NCBI GenBank assembly: GCA_938002955.1
Contig: CALLAA010000048.1
Span: 17,841-81,840 of the forward strand
From: an uncultured Acidimicrobiales bacterium
GTDB lineage: Bacteria > Actinomycetota > Acidimicrobiia > Acidimicrobiales > SHLQ01
DNA: 64,000 nucleotides
Direction of reading: 5' to 3'
The notes under the pieces were generated by a model that saw nothing but the letters and a program-made list of their open reading frames with translations, did not search any database and had not been told where the DNA came from. Of this stretch, positions 38,371 to 46,722 are shown piece after piece. The position numbers and the translations under genes are program-made. The stretch's first letter is position 1. The number at the start of each line of letters is the position of its first letter.

Positions 38371-39729
38371 ATGAGTACGAGCGAGCTGTTTCGATCTCGA
38401 TCTCTGCGTTCCTTGGCGGGACTTTTGTTTCTTTTGCTTGCCGCATGCGGGGTTGATGACACGGTGGTTGACCCATCGGCACAGGACGCGAGCGATGCGT
38501 TGACACCGGTGCTTCCTGCTCCCGATGTTTCCGACACCGAGGCAACCGAGGATGCGTCGACGTCGGCCGCATCTTCTGACACGACAACATCTTCGGTCAC
38601 GACAACGACGGCAGCGACCCCAACGACAACGACCCCAACGACGACGGCTCCGACGACGATGGCTATAACCATTCCCGACACCCCCTTGGCCCAGATCGGC
38701 CTCGAGCTCGATCTGATCGCGACGCTGAGCGGCCCGGTTGGCCTGGTGAGCCGCCCCGGCTCGGCCGACCTGTTCGTCATCGAGCAGCAGGGCCGTATTG
38801 TTCGCCTTCCCGGCGGGGAGGCCGATGGCGCCGACACGACACTCGACATCCGTGGCACGGTGAGTCTGGGCAACGAGCAAGGGTTGCTGGGCATGGCCTT
38901 TTCGCCCGACGGTGACACGTTGTACATCAACTACACCGACGGCAGCGGCGATACGCAGGTCGCTCGCCTGGCGATGAACGGCACCGTTGCCAATGCAGCA
39001 AGCCAGGAGGTTCTGCTCACGGTTGGTCAACCTCAGGGAAATCACAACGGCGGTTGGCTCGGCTTTGGGCCCGACGGCTACCTCTACATCGGCATGGGTG
39101 ATGGCGGCGGCCAGGGAGACCCCGGCGAACATGGGCAGAACCCAGACACCGCACTCGGATCGATCCTTCGGATCGATGTCGCTATGGACACCGGGTATGG
39201 CATTCCATCGGACAATCCGTTCGTCGATGGCCAGACTCCTGAGGTGTTTATCTGGGGTGTTCGCAACGCCTGGCGCAACGGATTTGATCGAGTGACCGGA
39301 GACCTCTGGGTCGGCGACGTTGGTCAAGACCGCTTCGAGGAGATCACCGTTCTTCGAGCGGCCGACGGTGGTGGCAATGGCGCCAACCTCGGCTGGAATG
39401 CGGTCGAGGGAGACGAGTCATTTCGAGGGGCGGCGATTCCCGACGGACATGTCGGACCCGCCGTTGCCTACGGTCACTCCGGCGGACGATGCTCCGTCAC
39501 AGGCGGAGACGTGTACCGCGGCGACAGCATCGCGGCGCTGCATGGCACCTACCTCTTCGGCGACTTCTGCACCGGCGAGATCTTTGGGTATCGGGTCGAT
39601 GGCAGCTCGGCCGATGTGCGACTCGACCTGCCAGCGGTTGATCGACTGAGCAGCTTCGGCATCGACAACGACGGGGAAATGTACGCGATAAGCGGAAGCG
39701 GCGGCGTCTACCGAATCGTCGCCGGCTAG
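38371..39729 (+). CDS. PQQ-dependent sugar (glucose/sorbosone) dehydrogenase lipoprotein
   Basis: Lipobox LLFLLLAACG, a Thr-rich linker, then GNEQGLLGMAF, GNHNGGWLGFGPDGYLYIGMGDGG and GVRNAWR. Confidence 0.8.
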   Translation: MSTSELFRSRSLRSLAGLLFLLLAACGVDDTVVDPSAQDASDALTPVLPAPDVSDTEATEDASTSAASSDTTTSSVTTTTAATPTTTTPTTTAPTTMAITIPDTPLAQIGLELDLIATLSGPVGLVSRPGSADLFVIEQQGRIVRLPGGEADGADTTLDIRGTVSLGNEQGLLGMAFSPDGDTLYINYTDGSGDTQVARLAMNGTVANAASQEVLLTVGQPQGNHNGGWLGFGPDGYLYIGMGDGGGQGDPGEHGQNPDTALGSILRIDVAMDTGYGIPSDNPFVDGQTPEVFIWGVRNAWRNGFDRVTGDLWVGDVGQDRFEEITVLRAADGGGNGANLGWNAVEGDESFRGAAIPDGHVGPAVAYGHSGGRCSVTGGDVYRGDSIAALHGTYLFGDFCTGEIFGYRVDGSSADVRLDLPAVDRLSSFGIDNDGEMYAISGSGGVYRIVAG

Positions 39730-40544
39730 CTCGAGGAGCGCTTGGAGCGCAGGTACCAGCTCGCGCCACCGGCCAAGGCACCCGCTCCGGCGACGAGGGC
39801 GCCAGTTCGTGCGTGATCGCCAACGCGTTGGCGAAGCGGTAGTTCGTTGGAGAAGGTGCGGATCTCCCAGCCCCGGTCCGTCGCGATTTTGGCCAACGCT
39901 CGATCCGGGTTGATCACGATTGGATGCCCAACGGCTTCGAGCATAGGGAGGTCGGTGATCGAGTCGGTGTAGGCGTACGACTCCGACAGGTCGAGGTCGT
40001 GTTCGAGTGAGAGCGCCTCCATTGCGTCCACCTTGTACGGGCCGTAGGAGTAGAACTCGACTTCGCCGGTGTACTTACCTGCACGGTCGGTTTGGGCGAT
40101 CGTTGCGACCGCGCCGTCCGCGCCCAAGTACTTCGACAGCGGCACGACGATCTCTTCGGGTGATGCCGACACCATGAACACTTTGTGGCCCGCTGCCTTG
40201 TGGGCGGCGATCTCGTCGACGGCTTCGCGGAACACGATTGGTTCGATGACATCTTCGAGAGCATCGGTGACAAGGCTCGCCATCTGGCGCTTATCCCAGC
40301 CTTTGCAGAGGCGGAGCGCGTTGTTGCGCATGTCTTCCATGCGGTCGTGGTCGGCGCCCAGGTACTTAAAGACGAGGCGACCCCAGACCGCCCGCAGAAT
40401 GAGACGTGAATCGATGAATCCGGCCTCGCGCAGCGTGGAGCTAAACGCGAACAGGGCCGCGTCCGCGATGGTTGTCTTATCGAGATCGAAGAATGCCGCC
40501 GCGCCACGGGCGGGAATCACTGCTGGTTCGCCCATGAACTCCAC
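39726..40544 (-). CDS. HAD-IB family hydrolase (SerB-like) with C-terminal hydrophobic tail
   Basis: FFDLDKTTI (DxDxT), VSASPEE, YTDSITDLPML. Confidence 0.8.
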   Translation of the reverse strand: MEFMGEPAVIPARGAAAFFDLDKTTIADAALFAFSSTLREAGFIDSRLILRAVWGRLVFKYLGADHDRMEDMRNNALRLCKGWDKRQMASLVTDALEDVIEPIVFREAVDEIAAHKAAGHKVFMVSASPEEIVVPLSKYLGADGAVATIAQTDRAGKYTGEVEFYSYGPYKVDAMEALSLEHDLDLSESYAYTDSITDLPMLEAVGHPIVINPDRALAKIATDRGWEIRTFSNELPLRQRVGDHARTGALVAGAGALAGGASWYLRSKRSSS

Positions 40545-40701
40545 ACTATTCGCCCCAGCTTGTCGTTGGTCGTCACCGTGCGCGAACGTTTGTCACGTCG
40601 CTTCGGCAACGTTCTTGTTCACGGATGCCTCTGCACCGTTCGAACCATCTACTTCCCCCAATTCGTCTACGCACGTCGTGCGTCTGCTTTGGGTGGTGTC
40701 T

Positions 40702-41415
40702 ATGTTGTGGTCCTTTTGTTCATCAAAGGGTGGTGTTGGTACGTCGGTGGTTGCGGCGGCTTTTGCTGGTGAGCTCGCACGGGCCAGTGGCGACCAGGTG
40801 GTGCTCGTCGACTTCTGCGGAGCGCAACCAGATATGTGCGGCCTTGCGGCGGCCGATGCTCCCGGTGTCGTCGACTGGCTGCTGTCGTCGTCTGATGTTG
40901 GTGTCGATGCGCTCGAGAATCTGCTGATCGAGGTTGCGCCAGGTCTTCTCATGTTGCCGAGGGGAAGCCAACCGCTTCCACGAACGGCCGGGCAGATCGA
41001 TCCGAACCGGATCGGCATGCTCATTGGGGCGCTGGTCGCAATGGAAGCGGTCGCGGATGTCGGCGTTGTCGACCTCGACCCGCTCAGTCCAACGGTTCTC
41101 CTCGTCGCTGGTAGCCAGCGGTCGGTCACGGTGGTCCGATCGTGTTACCTCGGGCTCCGAGAGCTTGGGCGTCTGCCCGTCGTGGCGGACCTATTGGTCG
41201 AGGTGGTCGAGGCTGGCCGGTCGTTGAGGACGCTCGATATCGAAGCTGTCGCTGGGGTTCCGGTGCATGCCAAGCTTCGCGTCGATCCAGCCATTGCGCG
41301 TTCGGTGGACGCCGGACGGATCCTCGAGCGTCCGCCGCGTGCGTTACGGCGACTCGCGCAGGACCTTCGCAGCACCCACGCGGAGATGCTCGAGCCAGTG
41401 GGAATCGGACGATGA
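40702..41415 (+). CDS. TadZ/CpaE/Ssd-like ParA-fold protein with degenerate Walker A
   Basis: CSSKGGVGTSVVAAAFA: deviant Walker A with the signature Lys but no GK[ST] lysine. First gene of the Tad-like cluster. Start could be GTG 40693/40696. The track ORF start (40069) is antisense to the HAD gene. Confidence 0.65.
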   Translation: MLWSFCSSKGGVGTSVVAAAFAGELARASGDQVVLVDFCGAQPDMCGLAAADAPGVVDWLLSSSDVGVDALENLLIEVAPGLLMLPRGSQPLPRTAGQIDPNRIGMLIGALVAMEAVADVGVVDLDPLSPTVLLVAGSQRSVTVVRSCYLGLRELGRLPVVADLLVEVVEAGRSLRTLDIEAVAGVPVHAKLRVDPAIARSVDAGRILERPPRALRRLAQDLRSTHAEMLEPVGIGR

Positions 41416-42545
41416 CGGTTCGCAACGTGACGAGGCCTAATCAGCTGGTGGACGAGGTCCACCACGCGTTGTGGGCCGAGCTCACTCAAGCAGGTGATGG
41501 CGCCGGTGCGCGCGCCGATATCGAAGGTCGGGTCCGGGCGCTGATCGGTGAGCGGGAACCGCTCGCCCCGCACCATCTGATCGAGACCGTCATCGCCGAG
41601 GTCATGGCACGCGTCGACGGCCTTGGTCCGCTTCACGAGTTCGGCACCGACGAATCGGTGAGCGAGATCATGGTTAACGGCGACGGTCACGTGTGGTTGG
41701 AGCGGTCGGGTGAGCTGGTCCGCACCGGACGGCTCCTCGATGCCGACTCCGTCGATCATTTGGTCCGACGGTTAGCGGCGAGCGTCGGTCGGCGAATCGA
41801 CTTTACGAATCCGAGTGTTGATGTTCGCCTCCACGACGGCTCGCGGCTCCATGCCATCATTCCGCCGCTCGCCATCGACGGGCCGTGCGTGACGATTCGT
41901 CGGTTTCGTGCTGCCGCGCCTCACCTCGATGAGCTTGCCTCACCGCGGGCCGCCGAGCTGCTTCGCCGGGCGGTCTCGAATCAGGAGACCGTGATCATCG
42001 CTGGCGGCACATCATCGGGGAAGACGACGTTACTCAATGCCCTGGTCGGCGAGATCGATCGAGACGCGCGAATAGTGACGATCGAGGACGCAGCCGAGCT
42101 TCGGCTTCCGGGGCGACATGTCGTGCGGTTGGAGACACGTCGACCGAGCGAGGGAGCAGCGGAGGTGACGTTGCGCGAGCTGACTCGACATGCACTTCGG
42201 ATGCGCCCGGACCGCATTATCTGTGGCGAGATGCGGGGACCCGAAGCGCTCGACTTGATCCAAGCAATGAACACTGGCCATCGCGGTTCGATGTCGACGG
42301 TGCATGCCAACACCCCTGTCGATGTGATGCGGCGGATCGAGACGATGATGTTGCTCGCCGATGCGGAGCTCCCGCTCTCGGCTATTCGCGATCAACTGCG
42401 ATCCTGCATCGACCTGGTGGTGATGATGCGACGCGAAGTGACCGGAGCGCGGCGCGTGTCCACGATTGCGGCCATTCCGAACGAACCATCGGACGTCTGG
42501 GCGGTCGAGGCGATGTATGACGCGGGCCAGGCGGGGGATCGATGA
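41412..42545 (+). CDS. cpaF: CpaF/TadA-type secretion ATPase
   Basis: EIMVNG, Walker A GGTSSGKTTLLNAL, TIEDAAEL, GEMRG.EA..LIQAMNTGH.GS.STVHAN. ATGA overlap upstream. Confidence 0.9.
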   Translation: MTVRNVTRPNQLVDEVHHALWAELTQAGDGAGARADIEGRVRALIGEREPLAPHHLIETVIAEVMARVDGLGPLHEFGTDESVSEIMVNGDGHVWLERSGELVRTGRLLDADSVDHLVRRLAASVGRRIDFTNPSVDVRLHDGSRLHAIIPPLAIDGPCVTIRRFRAAAPHLDELASPRAAELLRRAVSNQETVIIAGGTSSGKTTLLNALVGEIDRDARIVTIEDAAELRLPGRHVVRLETRRPSEGAAEVTLRELTRHALRMRPDRIICGEMRGPEALDLIQAMNTGHRGSMSTVHANTPVDVMRRIETMMLLADAELPLSAIRDQLRSCIDLVVMMRREVTGARRVSTIAAIPNEPSDVWAVEAMYDAGQAGDR

Positions 42546-43330
42546 GACCACGACCCGTAGCCGCCCAGCGGGGTGCGACGTCACGGACGACGCGAACCCT
42601 GCAGTTGGATGTCCAGCTGCGCAAACGGCTCGCTCCACTGGGCATGACGTTTACCTGGTCGCCGACCCTTGTCCTCGGCGGGGCGACGGCTGGGCTGTTG
42701 CTCATGGCGGTCCGCTTTGGCGGCTCGCTCGGGTTCATGGCCGTGCTTGGCGCTCTCGTGCTTGGTTGGCTGAGTCTCGAACGCATCGGTGCGGCCATGC
42801 TTCGCCGACGCAGTGACCGAATGCTCCCCGAGCTTGCGCTTCGGTTAGCGCGGTCGTTGCGCAGCGGTCTTCCGCCAGAGCGCGCGATCGAACATGTTGC
42901 GAGCGAGCTCGATGGCGGGCATCCACGGTTCGCGCTCGTCGCCGCACAGCTGCGCGCTGGTCGGCCGGTAGTTCCCGCGGTCGAGTCGTGGCTGCGTTCA
43001 GCGTCAGGAGACGCCGAGCAACTGCTGGCGGCTGGTCTGCTGCTCGGCATTCAGCACGGGGGAGACCTGGCGACCGCTATCGACGGGGTGGGTGAGGGGT
43101 TGCGGGACGATCTCGATCTCGACGCTCGCCGACGAGTGCTTCTCACCCAGTCGCGGATGTCGGCGGCGGTGTTGGTCGGCTTGCCTGTGGCCTTCGCTCT
43201 CGTCGCGTCGGGCTTGCACGGCGGATCGATCTACGAGGGGACGATGGGTGTTGGACTGCTCGTTGCCGGGGTGCTGCTCGATCTTGTCGGTGTCCTATGG
43301 ATGCGATCGCTGATGCGAGGACTGTCATGA
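42542..43330 (+). CDS. tadB: TadB-like type II secretion system F-family membrane protein
   Basis: Position after cpaF, T2SSF-like loop (LPPERAIEHVA...GGDLATAID) and flanking TM helices. Confidence 0.7.
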   Translation: MRPRPVAAQRGATSRTTRTLQLDVQLRKRLAPLGMTFTWSPTLVLGGATAGLLLMAVRFGGSLGFMAVLGALVLGWLSLERIGAAMLRRRSDRMLPELALRLARSLRSGLPPERAIEHVASELDGGHPRFALVAAQLRAGRPVVPAVESWLRSASGDAEQLLAAGLLLGIQHGGDLATAIDGVGEGLRDDLDLDARRRVLLTQSRMSAAVLVGLPVAFALVASGLHGGSIYEGTMGVGLLVAGVLLDLVGVLWMRSLMRGLS

Positions 43331-43893
43331 CCGTCCTCTTCGCCGCAGGCATCCTCGTCAGTATCAGCCTCTACGTCACCAAGCGCTGGATACTTCCGAT
43401 TCGGCGTCGGCGGCGTAGCGAACGCCGGACGACCTACAACATCGCCCGCGGTCTGCCGACCGCAGTCGTGCTCCTTCAGCTCGCGATTCGAAGCGGGGCA
43501 CACCCCCGCAACGCGCTTGCCGCCGTTGTCGATCTTCCTTTTGACTCGGGGGCGGTGACCGAGGTTGCGACGTTGTTTCGCGCCGTTCACGAACGGCTCG
43601 AGCTCGGTGCGGATATGACCTCGGCAATGCTGGCCCTGCAGCGTCCGGCGCCGGACGTTAACCGAGTGCTCGACGCGCTTCGTCGTGCTGAGGTCGACGG
43701 TGGTCCGGTAGCGACGCATCTGGAAGTGCTGGTGAGCGATCTTCGAAGTCAACGTCGAACCGTGCTCGACGGAGCGGCGCAGCGACTCACCATTTCGATG
43801 CTCTTCCCGCTCGTTCTGTGCATCCTTCCCGCGTTCGTCCTGCTCGCGGTCGTCCCGTTGGTTCTGGCAGCGCTTCGAGGCCTCCCGGGGTAG
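43327..43893 (+). CDS. tadC: TadC-like type II secretion system F-family membrane protein
   Basis: ATGA overlap with tadB. N-terminal TM plus a T2SSF-like core plus C-terminal TMs (ISMLFPLVLCILPAFVLLAVVPLVLAAL). Confidence 0.7.
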   Translation: MTVLFAAGILVSISLYVTKRWILPIRRRRRSERRTTYNIARGLPTAVVLLQLAIRSGAHPRNALAAVVDLPFDSGAVTEVATLFRAVHERLELGADMTSAMLALQRPAPDVNRVLDALRRAEVDGGPVATHLEVLVSDLRSQRRTVLDGAAQRLTISMLFPLVLCILPAFVLLAVVPLVLAALRGLPG

Positions 43894-43974
43894 GCCCGTC
43901 CACATCGTGCTCTTTCTCGGTCAGAGGCAACCCGCCAGAGGACCCGCATACGTACAACTACTGAAAGGCAACCA

Positions 43975-44175
43975 ATGTTGCATCCACTCATCACACTCAT
44001 GACCGTCCTGCATCACCGAGTGCGCGACGACAGGGGGCAGTCGACAGCCGAGTACGCCCTGTTGCTGCTCGGCGCGGCGACCATTGCGCTAATCGTCGTC
44101 ACGTGGGCAACGAGTACCGGGAAGATCGGTGAGCTCTTTGACGCGGTGATCGACTCGATTATCGGCAAAGTCTGA
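43975..44175 (+). CDS. flp: Flp-like pilin (DUF4244-type)
   Basis: 66 aa with the G/QSTAEYALLLLGAATIALIV prepilin motif (G-x-x-T-A-E-Y plus a hydrophobic helix). Confidence 0.7.
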   Translation: MLHPLITLMTVLHHRVRDDRGQSTAEYALLLLGAATIALIVVTWATSTGKIGELFDAVIDSIIGKV

Positions 44176-44549
44176 TGCGGGCGAGCGGTATGGGTCGGGG
44201 CGATGATCGCGGTCAGGCCACGGTGGAGTTCGCCCTGATCCTGCCGCTGCTCATGTTGTGCATCGTGGGGATTGTCTGGGTTGGTCAGGTGATGACCTCT
44301 CAGGTTCGCGTGGAGCATGCAGCGCGTGAGGGTGCTCGGGCGGCGGCGGTCGAGCCGGAGCGGGCTTCTGCGAGAGCGGCGGTGGCTGTTGGTCGGTCGA
44401 TGCCAGAAGCTGCGGTGTCGACACGGCTCGGTGCGGAGTATGTGACGGTGGTGGTCTCGGTCGAGGTATCGGGTGTGCCGTTTATCGGCGTAGGCGCCCG
44501 GCGGTTAGAGGCTGAAGCTCACATGAGAAGAGAAGACCTCCTCGACTAG
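44175..44549 (+). CDS. tadE: TadE-like pseudopilin
   Basis: RGQATVEFALILPLLMLCIVGIV TadE N-terminal motif. TGATG overlap with flp. Confidence 0.75.
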   Translation: MRASGMGRGDDRGQATVEFALILPLLMLCIVGIVWVGQVMTSQVRVEHAAREGARAAAVEPERASARAAVAVGRSMPEAAVSTRLGAEYVTVVVSVEVSGVPFIGVGARRLEAEAHMRREDLLD

Positions 44550-44797
44550 TCGGTCCGTCAGGGTCTCGAGGGCCGTGCGTCAGCAGAGTGTCGCCAAAGT
44601 TGAGGCTCGAAGTTCAGGTTAAGCCGTGTGTCCTAGTGCACGTTGGCTGCTTCTTGCGATCGATCGATGTCCGCTCAGCCATGCCGATACAGGGGTTTAG
44701 GGCGTTGTGAGGTCGCCGGAATGTGCCCGTCGTTACATGGCAAACAGGGTCATTCGGCACTGTAGAAAAATTGCGAAATTGTCGAAGAACAGGGGGC

Positions 44798-46681
44798 ATG
44801 ACAAAAGGACCAACTCGTGGGGCGGGTGAACGCTCGAGGACGTGGGGCTCGCGGCCGCTGCTCGCTCGCCTGGTCCGGTGGTTCCTGTTCTTCTTGCCGA
44901 TCGTCGTTGGTTGGCTTTCCGTTCGGCTCATGGGCGAGTTCTTCTGGCGTCCCGAAGGCTGGTCGGGACTGCTCGCCTGGGTCGCACAAGCGATCGTCGT
45001 TGCGTCGGTCACGGCACAGCTGACGCAGCGCCTCACGAAACGGTTCGCTCCGATCACGGCGCTGCTCAACATGACCATGGTGTTCCCCGACCATGCGCCA
45101 TCTCGCTTCGGCGTGACGCTGCGCGCAGGCAACCTCAAGCGCCTCACCGACGACCAGCTCACGCTGAGTTCTGACACCCAGGAAGCCGCCGAGCGGGCGA
45201 TGGAACTGGTCGCGTCACTCGGGCGCCATGAGCCCAAGACCCGTGGCCACACCGAACGCGTCCGCACCTACGCAGAGCTCATTGGCCAGGAGATGGGCCT
45301 TCCCGAAGACGAGCTGAACCGTCTTCGCTGGGGTGTGCTTCTCCACGACATCGGCAAGTTGAAGGTTCCCGCTCGCATCTTGAACAAGCCGGGCGCACCG
45401 ACCGACGACGAATGGATGATTCTCAAGCAGCATCCGGCCGAGGGGCAAAAGATCCTGGCTCCGCTCGAAGAGTGGCTTGGCGAATGGGCCTTTGGCGCGT
45501 TGCATCATCACGAGCGCTGGGACGGCACGGGGTATCCGTCGGGGCTCAAAGGCACCGACATCTCCCTTTGTGGTCGAATCGCCGCCGTCGCCGATGCCTA
45601 CGACGTCATCACCTCTGCTCGCAGCTACAAAGAAGCGCTGTCGCCAGAAGAAGCCCGCGAAGAACTGGTCCGGTGCGCCGGGGAACAATTCGACCCTGTT
45701 GTCGTCAAGGCGTTCCTTCGCATCGGACTCGACGAACATCAGCGATCGCTCGGTTGGCTGGCCTGGCTCTTCGAGCTACCCGCTGTTCTGCGGTTTACGC
45801 ACACGATCGCGACGGCTGCACCGACGGCGGTGTCGGCCACGGCCACCGCCGCAACCGCAGTTGCGGTATCTCTGGCCTCGGTCGTGGGCATTGCCGACGC
45901 CGATACTCCGCCGGCCGCGGTGGCGTTCGATGCCACCGCAGAGACCGCGGCGCCGGCGCGGGAGCTCATCTCTACCTCGGTCGAGACGGAGACAACGACA
46001 CCGCCGTCGACCCAAGCAGTGAGCAGCAACCGCACCCAGGTAAACGCCGCCGACTCCGCAGTCAGCGACGCACTGTCGCTCCAGTCATCGACGACAACGT
46101 CAACCACGACGACCACCATTGCGCCGACCACGACAACCTCGACGACCACGATTGCGCCAACCACGACGGTTTCACAACGGGTAGTCGCTACGACCACGAC
46201 GACCGCGGCTCCTCGAAAGACGACCACCACAGCTGCACCCACAACAACGACCTCGACAACCACCACGACCACAACGGCCGCTCCTACGACAACCACCACG
46301 ACAGCCGCTCCTACGACAACCACTACGACAGCCGCTCCGACGACAACCACCACGACGGCCGCTCCGACGACAACCATCACGACGGCCGCCCCGGATACGG
46401 GAACGGCGCCAAATGCTCGATTCGACTACTTTTTTGTCGAAGAGGACAAGGACACGAAGCTCTGGGTGTTGTTCAACGACTCTGAAGGGTCCGATCCAAT
46501 AGTCAGCGTCAGAGTCATCGAACAGCCCGGGAAAGCACAGCAATTCTCCTGGCACAACGACCATTTCCACTACACGAGCGAGAAAGACACCGCCGGCGAA
46601 AACGACTGGTTCCGATACGAAGCATGTGACGCTGCGGGGCGTTGCGACGACGCCAAGGTCGTCATCTCGATCTACGACTAG
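44798..46681 (+). CDS. membrane HD-GYP domain protein with Thr-rich linker and C-terminal cadherin/Ig-like domain
   Basis: 2 N-terminal TMs, HDIGKLKVP...HHERWDGTGYP (HD-GYP) and a hydrophobic stretch after the domain. Then TTTTTTAAP repeats and a C-terminus VLFNDSEGSDPI...FHYTS...NDWFRYEACD...AKVVISI (VCBS/cadherin-like pattern). Alternative GTG start at 44723. Confidence 0.8.
   Translation: MTKGPTRGAGERSRTWGSRPLLARLVRWFLFFLPIVVGWLSVRLMGEFFWRPEGWSGLLAWVAQAIVVASVTAQLTQRLTKRFAPITALLNMTMVFPDHAPSRFGVTLRAGNLKRLTDDQLTLSSDTQEAAERAMELVASLGRHEPKTRGHTERVRTYAELIGQEMGLPEDELNRLRWGVLLHDIGKLKVPARILNKPGAPTDDEWMILKQHPAEGQKILAPLEEWLGEWAFGALHHHERWDGTGYPSGLKGTDISLCGRIAAVADAYDVITSARSYKEALSPEEAREELVRCAGEQFDPVVVKAFLRIGLDEHQRSLGWLAWLFELPAVLRFTHTIATAAPTAVSATATAATAVAVSLASVVGIADADTPPAAVAFDATAETAAPARELISTSVETETTTPPSTQAVSSNRTQVNAADSAVSDALSLQSSTTTSTTTTTIAPTTTTSTTTIAPTTTVSQRVVATTTTTAAPRKTTTTAAPTTTTSTTTTTTTAAPTTTTTTAAPTTTTTTAAPTTTTTTAAPTTTITTAAPDTGTAPNARFDYFFVEEDKDTKLWVLFNDSEGSDPIVSVRVIEQPGKAQQFSWHNDHFHYTSEKDTAGENDWFRYEACDAAGRCDDAKVVISIYD
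46277..46384 (+). repeat. 27-bp tandem repeat x4 (encodes AAPTTTTTT) inside the HD-GYP gene
   Basis: GCCGCTCC(T/G)ACGACAACCA(C/T)(C/T)ACGAC(A/G) repeated head-to-tail at 46277, 46304, 46331 and 46358, with degenerate copies flanking. Confidence 0.85.
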
Positions 46682-46722
46682 CCACCACATCGACCGCTCT
46701 GGCGGCCAGACTCTCTACTGCC

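Noticed and set aside
40069-40701. Upstream part of ORF 40069..41415
   Set aside because: It is antisense to the well-supported HAD-IB gene. TadZ-like similarity starts only at ~40700.
44550-44797. Possible c-di-GMP (GEMM-I) riboswitch upstream of the HD-GYP gene
   Set aside because: Only a GGCAAAC fragment is present. The second conserved ACGCAAAGC-type element and the two-hairpin architecture were not found.
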